From the IMG/VR virus record IMGVR_UViG_2545824717_000013: DNA of 30,162 nucleotides. One strand, 5' to 3'. Under the pieces are notes generated by a model, which saw only the letters and a program-made list of their open reading frames with translations, had not been told where the DNA came from and searched no databases. Below, in pieces: positions 9,553 through 18,761 of the stretch. Source of the DNA: a virus (lineage: Duplodnaviria; Heunggongvirae; Uroviricota; Caudoviricetes). The first letter of the stretch is position 1, and each line of letters begins with the position of its first letter. Both the position numbers and the translations under genes were made by a program.

Positions 9553-10047
9553 ATGATGCCAGTTAGCTGTTACCTCTGCATTTTCTTAAACGTTGGTTTG
9601 GGAGAAGCGGCAAAACGGAATGTGGGCAACGGGGAAAACCAAATCCCTGATATGTCTTTCTGGACGGTTACTGGTGGCAATGGAAATTTTGTGATTCGTC
9701 AACCTGACGGGCTAATCACTCAGATGGTTACTGTAAGTATAAGCGGTCCAGTGGCGATGAATGGAATGACTGATAATGCTTATGCCATTACAGGTTCTAA
9801 TAAGTCTTATATTGCCACAGCCACATTGCCCTTTGTATTTCCTAATAAGGTGCTGGGCGTTATCCCTCTGGTATCAACAACAGCTTATGGCGGTGTATCC
9901 AGTAATATTACAGGTTCATACGCGACGGCGGTTTGTTCTTTTGCCGCTGTCCGGGGGAATAATACGATTGTATTCAAAGTCGACAAACCACTGAATGCAG
10001 CCTTTCCTTCAGATACCAGCGTCTCAGCGTTAATCATTGGACGGTAA
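9553..10047 (+). CDS. Alternative tail-fibre C-terminal variable segment (Sv'-like), promoterless in this orientation
   Basis: 164-aa ORF starting just outside the gix-like site and followed by a tfa gene; mirror arrangement of the minus-strand pair. Confidence 0.55.
   Translation: MMPVSCYLCIFLNVGLGEAAKRNVGNGENQIPDMSFWTVTGGNGNFVIRQPDGLITQMVTVSISGPVAMNGMTDNAYAITGSNKSYIATATLPFVFPNKVLGVIPLVSTTAYGGVSSNITGSYATAVCSFAAVRGNNTIVFKVDKPLNAAFPSDTSVSALIIGR
9581..9606. other. gix/hix-like 26-bp invertase crossover site (left end of invertible segment)
   Basis: TTTTCTTAAACG-TT-GGTTTGGGAGAA: imperfect dyad resembling Gin/Hin/Cin recombination sites. Confidence 0.5.
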
Positions 10048-10049
10048 GA

Positions 10050-10493
10050 ATGAACTCAGTATTCTTTTCACCCGGAAGTAAAAGTTTTTATCTACAAGAA
10101 TTGTTTCCAGAATATGAGGATGCGGGAACGCTTCCAGATGATGTTATTGAAATTACCCGAGAAACATATGAGCAATTTCTTGGGCTGCATCCAGAAGGGA
10201 AAGAAATTGGCGCTGACAGTTCAGGACGGCCAATATGGATTAATTCCCCACCGCCTTCAAAAGAGGATGAGGTGTTGATGGCTGAAATGAAAAAAATATC
10301 TTTGGTTTCAGAAGCCAATACCTACATCAACACCCATCAGTGGCCTGGCAAAGCTGCTATTGGTCGTCTGAAAGGTAACGAGCTGGAGCAATATAATTTA
10401 TGGCTGGATTATCTGGACGCACTGGAACTGGTTGATACCTCCAGTGCTCCAGATATTGAATGGCCTACGCCTCCGGCAGTTCAGGCCAGATGA
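10050..10493 (+). CDS. Tail fibre assembly protein (alternative copy)
   Basis: 147 aa; conserved C-terminal ...TSSAPDIEWPTPP motif shared with the convergent tfa (TSTAPNVIWPELP). Confidence 0.75.
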   Translation: MNSVFFSPGSKSFYLQELFPEYEDAGTLPDDVIEITRETYEQFLGLHPEGKEIGADSSGRPIWINSPPPSKEDEVLMAEMKKISLVSEANTYINTHQWPGKAAIGRLKGNELEQYNLWLDYLDALELVDTSSAPDIEWPTPPAVQAR

Positions 10494-11067
10494 CATTCGG
10501 CGCGGTGCTGGTATCTATTGCCGTCACCGCGTCAATGTAATCCAGCACAGCGTTAAGCCGGGTTGTTTCTGCCTGCGTCAGTTTCCGTCCGGCCTGTAAT
10601 TTCAGCTGAATCAGACTAATGGAAGCCATTGCAGCATCAATCAGTGACTGGCGCTGTGCTTCTGCCGCGTCTACTGCGGCGCTATGCTGTGCCTCAGTAT
10701 CCGTCACCCATTTCTCACCATCCCATTTATCGTATGGCGTTAATGGGGCGATAGTGGTTGTATTATTAGGGTAATCACCCGGAGCTGTGATTTCTTTTGA
10801 TTCTCCTGTTTCGGTGCTAAAGACGATTTCACCGCGATGGTCTGGCACATATTCCCATGAGTTAAAATCTGCAGAACGGCAGATTGCATAACCAGCTTTG
10901 TATGCGCCTGGAGCATCTAAACAGGAACATGCCGGAATGCCGACACCAACGGCAAGATATTCAGTTGATATGGAAATATATTCCCGTGTTTCACCATCAT
11001 AATTATAGACAGTAATATCCCCCGCCTTCGTGGCAATAAACTCGCTATTTAATACAGCGCTATCCAT
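10465..11067 (-). CDS. Tail fibre assembly protein
   Basis: 200 aa, immediately downstream of tail-fibre C-terminal segment; 3' ends of the two tfa genes overlap convergently. Confidence 0.8.
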   Translation of the reverse strand: MDSAVLNSEFIATKAGDITVYNYDGETREYISISTEYLAVGVGIPACSCLDAPGAYKAGYAICRSADFNSWEYVPDHRGEIVFSTETGESKEITAPGDYPNNTTTIAPLTPYDKWDGEKWVTDTEAQHSAAVDAAEAQRQSLIDAAMASISLIQLKLQAGRKLTQAETTRLNAVLDYIDAVTAIDTSTAPNVIWPELPEA

Positions 11068-11537
11068 TATGCAGCCCTCACAATGTAGTTAAATGCGATG
11101 TTGCGTGGACGGACACCGAAATAAGAAGTAACACCATTCATTGTCAAATTTCCAGAGCCAAAAGCGGTAAAACCAGAACCAGCATTAACTGCCGAATCCG
11201 CGTTTCTGACAAAGTTTTTGGGAGGTGAACCGGAGACACCAGCCGAAATATCATCAGCGTTACCGCCATTGCCGTGGTGGTTAGTTATCTTTGTTTCCGC
11301 CTGCGCCGTCAACAAACCTCGTCCAGAGTCAACCCCGCGCCCGTCATCCCAGCCGCGAATAAACTCACCACGTAAATCAGGCAATTTATTTGTCGGATAA
11401 GCCTTTGCCAGTTCCGGGTATTCTTCAGCAGAAAAAGCTGCACCATTGCATTTCAGCCAGCCTGTTGGCGGAGTGGCTGAAGGCCACGGAACAGGGACAC
11501 CAACAGGTAATGCAGAGCCTTCTCCCAAAGCCGTCAT
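11067..11537 (-). pseudogene. Tail fibre (gpH-like) C-terminal receptor-binding segment lacking the constant N-terminal part
   Basis: 156 aa with tail-collar-like motif PVGVPVPWPSATPPTGWLKCNGAAFSAEEYPELAKAYP; only about 21 bp separate its first codon from the terminase gene on the other strand. Confidence 0.75.
11519..11533. other. Partial gix-like half-site (right end of invertible segment) abutting a deletion junction
   Basis: CTTCTCCCAAAG is the inverted counterpart of the outer half of the left site; the expected second half is not recognisable. Confidence 0.35.
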
Positions 11538-11558
11538 TCAAGGCTGTAGGTTTGTGCC

Positions 11559-13325
11559 ATGAACACCACACTGACACCCGCAGATCTCGATCCCCGTCGG
11601 CAGGCCATGCTGCTGTACTTTCAGGGATACCGCGTAGCCCGCATTGCTGAAATGCTGGGCGAGAAAGTTGCAACCGTTCACAGCTGGAAAAAACGCGACA
11701 AGTGGGGTGACTATGGGCCGCTGGATCAGATGCAGCTCACCACCGCCGCACGCTACTGCCAGCTCATTATGAAGGAGCACAAAGAAGGGAAAGATTTCAA
11801 AGAAATTGACCTGCTGGCGCGCCAGTCGGAGCGCCACGCGCGCATCGGCAAGTTTAACAATGGCGGTAACGAAGCCGACTTAAACCCTAACGTCGCCAAC
11901 CGCAACAAAGGCCCGCGCCGTCAGCCGGAAAAGAATGTTTTCACCGATGAGCAGATTGAGAAGCTGGAAGAAATCTTCCATTCCTCCATGTTCAACTACC
12001 AGCGCCACTGGTGGGAAGCCGGAAAAACCAACCGCATCCGCAACCTGCTGAAGTCTCGCCAGATCGGCGCGACCTTCTATTTTGCGCGTGAAGCCCTGAT
12101 TGACGCCCTGCTTACCGGACGTAACCAGATTTTCCTTTCTGCCAGTAAGGCTCAGGCCCACGTCTTTAAACAATACATCATCGACTTCGCCAAAGAAGTC
12201 GAGGTGGAGCTAAAAGGCGATCCGATGGTGCTTCCTAACGGAGCCACGCTTTACTTCCTCGGCACCAATGCCCGCACGGCCCAGAGTTATCACGGCAACC
12301 TTTATCTGGATGAATATTTCTGGATACCGAAATTCCAGGAGCTGCGCAAAGTGGCTTCCGGGATGGCTATTCACAAGAAATGGCGACAAACCTATTTTTC
12401 CACGCCATCCAGCCTGACCCACAGTGCTTATCCGTTCTGGTCCGGTGCGCTGTTCAACCGTGGACGCAACAAAGCTGACAAGGTGGACATCGATCTGTCC
12501 CACAGCAATCTGGCCCCCGGCCTGCTGTGCGCAGACGGGCAATACCGCCAGATAGTCACCGTGGAAGATGCGGTGCGCGGCGGCTGTAACCTGTTCGACC
12601 TCGACCAGCTGCGCATGGAGTACAGCCCGGACGAATACCAGAACCTGCTGATGTGCGAGTTTGTGGACGATCTCGCGTCCGTGTTCCCGCTCAGCGAACT
12701 GCAGGCGTGCATGGTGGACAGTTGGGAAGTCTGGACCGACTTTCATGCACTGGCCCTGCGCCCGTTTGGCTGGCGAGAGGTGTGGATCGGTTATGACCCG
12801 GCAAAAGGTACGCAGAACGGTGACAGTGCCGGGTGCGTGGTGGTGGCTCCGCCAGCCGTGCCGGGCGGTAAGTTCCGTATTCTTGAGCGTCACCAGTGGC
12901 GCGGGATGGACTTCCGCGCCCAGGCGGACGCCATCAAAAAACTGACCGAACAGTACAACGTGACATACATCGGCATCGACTCGACAGGTGTCGGTCACGG
13001 GGTTTATGAGAACGTGAAAGCGTTCTTTCCTGCCGTCCGGGAGTTTGTCTACAACCCCAACGTTAAAAACGCCCTGGTACTCAAGGCCTACGACATTATT
13101 AGCCACCGCCGCCTGGAGTTTGACGCCGGGCACACCGACATAGCGCAGTCCTTTATGGCAATCCGTCGCGCCACCACTGCCAGCGGCAACCGCCCGACCT
13201 ATGAAGCCAGCCGCAGCGAAGAAGCCAGCCACGCCGATCTGGCCTGGGCAACAATGCACGCACTGTTTAATGAACCGCTGCAGGGCGAGTCCGCCAATAC
13301 CAGCAATATTGTGGAGATTTTTTGA
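11559..13325 (+). CDS. P: Terminase large (ATPase) subunit gpP
   Basis: 588 aa, P2 gpP-like, followed by portal gene with overlapping stop/start. Confidence 0.9.
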   Translation: MNTTLTPADLDPRRQAMLLYFQGYRVARIAEMLGEKVATVHSWKKRDKWGDYGPLDQMQLTTAARYCQLIMKEHKEGKDFKEIDLLARQSERHARIGKFNNGGNEADLNPNVANRNKGPRRQPEKNVFTDEQIEKLEEIFHSSMFNYQRHWWEAGKTNRIRNLLKSRQIGATFYFAREALIDALLTGRNQIFLSASKAQAHVFKQYIIDFAKEVEVELKGDPMVLPNGATLYFLGTNARTAQSYHGNLYLDEYFWIPKFQELRKVASGMAIHKKWRQTYFSTPSSLTHSAYPFWSGALFNRGRNKADKVDIDLSHSNLAPGLLCADGQYRQIVTVEDAVRGGCNLFDLDQLRMEYSPDEYQNLLMCEFVDDLASVFPLSELQACMVDSWEVWTDFHALALRPFGWREVWIGYDPAKGTQNGDSAGCVVVAPPAVPGGKFRILERHQWRGMDFRAQADAIKKLTEQYNVTYIGIDSTGVGHGVYENVKAFFPAVREFVYNPNVKNALVLKAYDIISHRRLEFDAGHTDIAQSFMAIRRATTASGNRPTYEASRSEEASHADLAWATMHALFNEPLQGESANTSNIVEIF

Positions 13326-14359
13326 TGGGAAAGAGTAAGAAAAACCGCGCTGCGTCGACGAAACAGATCCAGCATAAAAGCCAGACTTCAGCCGAAGCAT
13401 TCAGCTTCGGTGATCCCGTTCCTGTTCTGGACCGCCGCGAACTGCTGGACTATGTGGAATGCGTACAGATGGATCGTTGGTATGAGCCGCCTGTGAGTTT
13501 CGACGGACTGGCGCGAACCTTCCGCGCCGCCGTGCATCACAGCTCACCGATTGCAGTGAAGTGCAACATTCTGACCAGCACCTACATCCCTCACCCGCTG
13601 CTCAGCCAGCAGGCTTTTTCGCGTTTTGTACAGGACTATCTGGTTTTTGGTAACGCCTACCTGGAGAAACGCACGAACCGCTTCGGTGAAGTTATCGCCC
13701 TTGAGCCTGCACTGGCAAAATACACCCGACGCGGGTTAGACCTGGATACCTACTGGTTTGTGCAATACGGTATGACTACGCAGTTGTATCAGTTCACGAA
13801 AGGCAACATTTTTCATCTGATGGAACCGGACATCAACCAGGAGATCTACGGTCTGCCCGGTTATCTTTCTGCCATTCCGTCAGCTCTGCTCAACGAGTCC
13901 GCCACGCTGTTCCGCCGCAAGTATTACATTAACGGCAGTCATGCAGGCTTCATCATGTACATGACCGATGCTGCGCAGAACCAGGAGGATGTGAACAACC
14001 TCCGCAATGCGATGAAAAGCGCCAAAGGTCCTGGTAACTTCCGTAACCTGTTTATGTACTCGCCTAACGGTAAAAAGGACGGGCTTCAGATTATCCCGTT
14101 GTCAGAAGTGGCGGCGAAGGATGAGTTCCTGAATATCAAGAACGTGAGCCGGGACGACATGATGGCGGCGCATCGTGTGCCGCCACAAATGATGGGGATA
14201 ATGCCTAATAATGTCGGGGGGGTTGGGGATGTGGAGAAAGCCAGTCGCGTATTTGTACGTAATGAATTAACGCCCTTGCAAAAAAGGCTACAAGAGCTGA
14301 ACGACTGGCTGGGCGAAGAAGTGATTAAATTTACGCCCTATATTCTTTCAGAAGAATAA
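13322..14359 (+). CDS. Q: Portal (capsid) protein gpQ
   Basis: 345 aa, P2 gpQ-like, transcribed toward the cos region. Confidence 0.9.
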   Translation: MMGKSKKNRAASTKQIQHKSQTSAEAFSFGDPVPVLDRRELLDYVECVQMDRWYEPPVSFDGLARTFRAAVHHSSPIAVKCNILTSTYIPHPLLSQQAFSRFVQDYLVFGNAYLEKRTNRFGEVIALEPALAKYTRRGLDLDTYWFVQYGMTTQLYQFTKGNIFHLMEPDINQEIYGLPGYLSAIPSALLNESATLFRRKYYINGSHAGFIMYMTDAAQNQEDVNNLRNAMKSAKGPGNFRNLFMYSPNGKKDGLQIIPLSEVAAKDEFLNIKNVSRDDMMAAHRVPPQMMGIMPNNVGGVGDVEKASRVFVRNELTPLQKRLQELNDWLGEEVIKFTPYILSEE

Positions 14360-14367
14360 TTCCGAAC

Positions 14368-15066
14368 TTATTTGTTTCTTCTTTGTTCACGCCTTGTCTT
14401 GGCTTCGATAAGGCGTTGAGGTTCAGTGTAAAGCCGTTCTAAAAAAAGATAGGTAAAATCTTCAAGATCCTCAGCAGCAGCTTTATCCAAAATACCTTCA
14501 TGCGCTCCATCATTTCCGTCATCTTTAACGCATTCAGCTAGTTCCCTTAAAGCTTCAGGCAGTAGATGATTATCAAATAACCACTCCATTCTTAACCCTA
14601 GGCTTCTCCTTATTTTTTGCGCAGGCCCTTGCTCCCCATCAGGAAGAAGTCCTTTTGTGGCATAATCAAGGCAAAGCCTAAACATGGTTGCTGCTGCATT
14701 ATAACAACCTATAGCCAAACATTTCGCCCCTTCCTCATATGCACTATTGATATGCTCAGGTAAGAACTCTGGTGGCTCCTCTACTGCTAAGTCTGCTGGT
14801 GATATAGGCCTAACAACCTCTGCAACTTCCTTTAAGCCGAATATTCCACTTTCCCAATTATAGCCATCTAAAGTTTTATTTTTCGTTAAAGGTCTGCAAA
14901 GAAACATTGTCGTTTTATGACACTCTCGGCAAACACAATAGACCTCGTACTCGTATGTTTTACCCCCGCCCAATGCATTGTAAACCCTAGTGCAATTCAG
15001 CCCATTAACATCAAACGCTATTTTTTGTGATCCACATCGTGGACAGTCATCCACTAACATAACCAT
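14368..15066 (-). CDS. Zinc-ribbon plus DUF4145/HEPN-like domain protein (candidate abortive-infection/defence gene)
   Basis: 232 aa in AT-rich insert; N-terminal CPRCG...CRECH Cys pairs; C-terminal AATMFRLCLDYATKGLL...GNDGAHEG resembles DUF4145 as I recall it. Confidence 0.55.
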   Translation of the reverse strand: MVMLVDDCPRCGSQKIAFDVNGLNCTRVYNALGGGKTYEYEVYCVCRECHKTTMFLCRPLTKNKTLDGYNWESGIFGLKEVAEVVRPISPADLAVEEPPEFLPEHINSAYEEGAKCLAIGCYNAAATMFRLCLDYATKGLLPDGEQGPAQKIRRSLGLRMEWLFDNHLLPEALRELAECVKDDGNDGAHEGILDKAAAEDLEDFTYLFLERLYTEPQRLIEAKTRREQRRNK

Positions 15067-15175
15067 GTCAATTACTCCTCCCTATGAAAAAAATGAGTTG
15101 AAAAATTGAATATTCACGACTTAAAAAGCTAGCCTATTTAACACCATAATTTCATTAATTCAACCATGAGCGCGC

Positions 15176-15196
15176 GCTCGTATCCCCGCCACGCCT
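15176..15196. other. Probable cos site (cohesive-end region)
   Basis: Minus strand reads GGCGTGGCGGGGATACGAG, whose first 13 nt match the 186/P2-type cohesive end as I remember it (GGCGTGGCGGGGAAAGCAT); GC-rich island between two AT-rich genes. Confidence 0.4.
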
Positions 15197-15355
15197 GCCC
15201 GCTTTATGTAGTGGTTTTCATGCGCCTGCATGACATAAGCAAAAGCCCGCCACTCCTGGCAGGCCTCAGCTAAAACGATCCTCAAACGATCATGCGGATT
15301 CATGCGGCATAGACATGCACAATCGCCAAAGCGGGCATCGAGACTTTTTGGAAAC

Positions 15356-15967
15356 CTACGTAACCACAGTTAATGTGTGCATCCTGTCTCGAATTGCATC
15401 ACACGTCTCATCAAAAAGCTTGGTAATGGTTGTACGGTTCAACTCTGCCTCTTTCCAATAATTTTGCCCGTCAAAATCTGGATCGCTATGCTGAAACGAT
15501 ATTGACTCTGAAAGGCATTCCTTCCGGAAACGGTCCAAGATTATATAAACCTCTGGTGAGATGAACGGTTTGTTAGACTCAACACTTGTAACAAAAGTAT
15601 TAAATGTATCGAAAAAAACTTTCAACCTTCTAAGTTTTCTCTCTTCAAATGGTTCGTTGAGGTCGACATGATCCAGCGCAGGCCTAAGCTTAAGCACGCT
15701 TTCTCTTATTTCAAACATCGAATTCCAAATGAGACTATATGCTGATAACTCCTTATCAAAATACGCTTTCGTTACATAAACAGAATTGTCTAACTTAGCC
15801 TTTATTCTTTCATTAGTTGCACTCAGTTGTGATTGAAATTCAGCAATATCTTTGTTTAGCCGCGACTTATATCTTTCTAAATAAACTTTCCCGATCCAAA
15901 CAAATATGCCAGATGCAACAAAAGACACCCCACCCAACGAAGCCAGAACTTTAAAGACTAAATCCAT
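15356..15967 (-). CDS. Membrane-anchored protein of unknown function (candidate defence/moron gene in the P2 tin/old position)
   Basis: 203 aa, AT-rich; hydrophobic N-terminal helix FKVLASLGGVSFVASGIFVWIG followed by a charged, helix-rich soluble region. Confidence 0.55.
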   Translation of the reverse strand: MDLVFKVLASLGGVSFVASGIFVWIGKVYLERYKSRLNKDIAEFQSQLSATNERIKAKLDNSVYVTKAYFDKELSAYSLIWNSMFEIRESVLKLRPALDHVDLNEPFEERKLRRLKVFFDTFNTFVTSVESNKPFISPEVYIILDRFRKECLSESISFQHSDPDFDGQNYWKEAELNRTTITKLFDETCDAIRDRMHTLTVVT

Positions 15968-16015
15968 TGCGCCCCCACCTGCAAAAATAGTATTCCAATA
16001 TAAGCTAATACATTT

Positions 16016-16327
16016 TTAATCAAATAGGGAATAATTCGCGTCAACCTCATCACTTCTCTGCTCTCCCCTGGTGACTTCCATCAAAAACCCGAGGCCGTCA
16101 TATAGCGAAACGGAGAATTCCAGCTCAAGCCAGAAGCAGTCTTCATAGGTGCGGCCCAACCAAAAACCTCCGCCACACTCCTTTGGTCGTTGAAAGAAGA
16201 CCCAGCCGCTATGGGTAAACCGCTCCAGCACCTGGTCCCGATAAATAATCTGGTGATTACTGTCTTTTTTACCCTTGGCTAACGCCTCGCTACTCTCGTT
16301 ATTCAACCTTGCTGACGTCAGAATCAA
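16016..16327 (-). CDS. Hypothetical ORF (TTG start), possibly a remnant
   Basis: 103-aa ORF in the same frame as the gene A fragment but separated from it by stop codons; no recognisable motifs. Confidence 0.25.
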   Translation of the reverse strand: MILTSARLNNESSEALAKGKKDSNHQIIYRDQVLERFTHSGWVFFQRPKECGGGFWLGRTYEDCFWLELEFSVSLYDGLGFLMEVTRGEQRSDEVDANYSLFD

Positions 16328-16432
16328 GTTCTTACATCCGGAACGTTCCTTAGTGCAGCCAGCTGTCGTCTTCCCAAACCTGCTGCATAATTTCCATCAC
16401 CCGCTTTTTGTCTTCATCAAGCTTTAAGCCAC

Positions 16433-17683
16433 TCAGTTCAACGCCGTTTGCCGACCCTTTACGGATGCGGATACCGTCGCATTTGTCCAGGTTGGGTTTG
16501 GTCTGCCGTTATTGAGCGTGGAATGGAAACGTGACGGACAGGTAATGGTGTAGAAAACGGCGCAATCACCACGCATTTCCGCGATAAGCTCCAGACCTTT
16601 AACACAGGCCATCATCTCATTGCGGCGGTGCGCCGGGTTGCTGCTGCTGGCGTTTACCACGTCTTCCATATCCAGCGTGTCGCCCTCTTCGTTCACCAGT
16701 TCATGAGAACGGAAAAACTCCAGTGACTTGCGGCGCTGCTCACGTTTATGCATCACGGCTTCATAGCTGACATAGGGAGATGCTTTTTTGCTGACCAGGC
16801 AGACAGCACGCAACTGCTCTTCCCGCCATTCGCAACGCATCTTCCATAATTTCCGATACCACCAGTCGGCACACAACATACGCGCCAGCGAACCCGGAAT
16901 GAGTTCATAGGGCACGGGTTTACGGCGGTTTCTTTTCCGACGGAGTTGCTCAAACGCAGGCGGAATAACATCCAGACGCAGGGTTTCCGCTGCCACCTTT
17001 TCCCATGTTTTGCGGATTTCTTCTGGCTTAACGTCATCGGTGGCATACAAATCACCACAAGCGGCATCAAGGCACATGCTCATATGCGCAGCGACAAGGG
17101 TAGACAGGCGCTTCACCTGATCCTGACTCATTTCAGGCAGGATAAGCAGGCCGTCCAGCCCTTCATGGCTTGCCATAAAACGAAAAGATGCAGATAGCTG
17201 GCTGTCGCGTACATGCTCCAGTCGTTCCAGACATGGCTTAATCGTCTCACGTAAATAGCGGGAATAAGCCTTTGGCCTGCCTAGGCTGCTAAAGTATTCA
17301 ATACGTTGCATCAGCGGCTTGCTGATATGGGAAGGCTGGGCGTTGACGTCCGCCAGAATGACCATATCCGGATTAAAACGCTGCTGCTCATGCGCCAGCT
17401 TTGCCCGGCTAATGAGCTTATCCTGCTCCATTTCGCGCTGGACAGGATCACGTGATTCATTAAAAAAATAACGCTCCCAGACCTGATCACTCAGTGCCTC
17501 GCGGCGCAGTTGTTCCTGCTCGTTATCGGCAGCGTACAGAGTGATCAGGTTTGAAAGCGCAGAAACCGGCGCAACTTCCGCCGGGTCCAGATAAGGGTTA
17601 ATGGCCTTTTTCGGGCTGTTCCATGAGAACGCTGCGGCAGCCTCGTTAAAGCCGCAGCAGTTGTTCATATCGGCATGACTCAT
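16433..17683 (-). pseudogene. A: Replication initiation endonuclease gpA, N-terminal fragment (3'-truncated)
   Basis: 416 aa ending shortly after a rolling-circle motif-1-like FYTITCP; P2 gpA is about 760 aa and the catalytic Tyr region is not present downstream. Confidence 0.7.
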
Positions 17684-18537
17684 GCACGTACTCCGTACAC
17701 GGCTGAACTATCCACGCCACGCGAAGGATCAAATCCCACCCAGCAGAGCGGCCCGGAAACAGCGATGATTTCTGTTGCAGATTTACTCTCACCAGCTGCC
17801 ACACCGATGCTGCGTTTTGCCTTGATGTAGTGGTGAGTAAAATTGCGATACAGCGAACGGATCAGGGATGTGTCACTGTTAGAAACAATGACCGGATGTC
17901 CTTCTGATGACCGATGTTCAAGAACGGATGCCAGGTGATACTGGTCATCTTCAGTGAAACCATCAGTGTGATAGCCGGAAAACGTACCGTCATACGGCGG
18001 ATCGCAATACACCACATCCCCCACCTGCAGCATCGCCAGCGTTTCATCAAAGCTTGCGCAGATAAACGTTGCCCGCTGGGCTTTCTCTGCAAATGCGCGA
18101 ATTTCTTTTTCAGGGAAATACGGATTTTTATAATTACCGTACGGAATGTTGAAATGCCCGCTCTTGTTATAGCGACATAACCCACGGTAACCATGACGAT
18201 TGAGATACAGGAAATATACCGCTTTCATGAAATCAGTAATTTCAGTGGAGTAATTAAACTCCTGCCTTATGTTGTAATAAGCCACATCCCTGTTTGCTTC
18301 CTCAAATAAAGCTCTGGCACGAGATATAAACGCTTCGCAATCAGCGACAATCTTTTTATAGAGGTTGATTAAATCAGGATTAATATCCGCAACAAGATAG
18401 CTGGGGTAATCCGTCTCCATCATCACAGCACAGGAACCCGCGAAAGGTTCAACCAGTCGCGGGCCAGCAGGAAGATGTTTTTTCAGTTCGGACATAATGG
18501 CGGTTTTATTTCCCGCCCATTTCAGGATGGTGCTCAT
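17680..18537 (-). CDS. Dam-family DNA N6-adenine methyltransferase
   Basis: DPPY motif ([10 protein letters not shown]) and N-terminal FAGSCAV SAM-binding motif; start placed at the ATG overlapping the upstream stop (ATGA). Confidence 0.85.
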   Translation of the reverse strand: MSTILKWAGNKTAIMSELKKHLPAGPRLVEPFAGSCAVMMETDYPSYLVADINPDLINLYKKIVADCEAFISRARALFEEANRDVAYYNIRQEFNYSTEITDFMKAVYFLYLNRHGYRGLCRYNKSGHFNIPYGNYKNPYFPEKEIRAFAEKAQRATFICASFDETLAMLQVGDVVYCDPPYDGTFSGYHTDGFTEDDQYHLASVLEHRSSEGHPVIVSNSDTSLIRSLYRNFTHHYIKAKRSIGVAAGESKSATEIIAVSGPLCWVGFDPSRGVDSSAVYGVRA

Positions 18538-18761
18538 ACAACACCTCCGTTGTAATGTTTGCCTTTCAGCTCTGCGATTTCCTGACAGGTAATGCAAAGC
18601 TGCACTCCAGGAATGGCGCGGCGTCGTGCTGGCGGAATTGGCGCTTCACATTCAATACAAAGCACACGAGACACGCCCGGTGTTTTGGCACGGGCAGCAC
18701 GGATATAGCGCTGGCGTCCTTCTTCAACGCGCTGCTGTACGAGATCCATTGCATCTGCCAT
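18534..18761 (-). CDS. TraR/DksA-type C4 zinc-finger protein
   Basis: 75 aa with CIECEAPIPPARRRAIPGVQLCITCQ motif. Confidence 0.7.
   Translation of the reverse strand: MADAMDLVQQRVEEGRQRYIRAARAKTPGVSRVLCIECEAPIPPARRRAIPGVQLCITCQEIAELKGKHYNGGVV

Noticed and set aside
11538-11837. 99-aa minus-strand ORF upstream of the tail-fibre fragment, in the same frame
   Set aside because: Lies antisense to the 5' end of terminase P and is separated from the tail-fibre segment by a stop; it is not the missing tail-fibre N-terminus.
12210-13400. 396-aa minus-strand ORF
   Set aside because: Entirely antisense to terminase P and the start of portal Q; spurious open frame in GC-rich coding sequence.
16418-16435. 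In-frame stop codons ending the gene A fragment as possible sequencing artefacts
   Set aside because: Cannot be excluded, but even read-through would not restore a full-length A because unrelated AT-rich cargo begins about 450 bp downstream; treated as genuine truncation.
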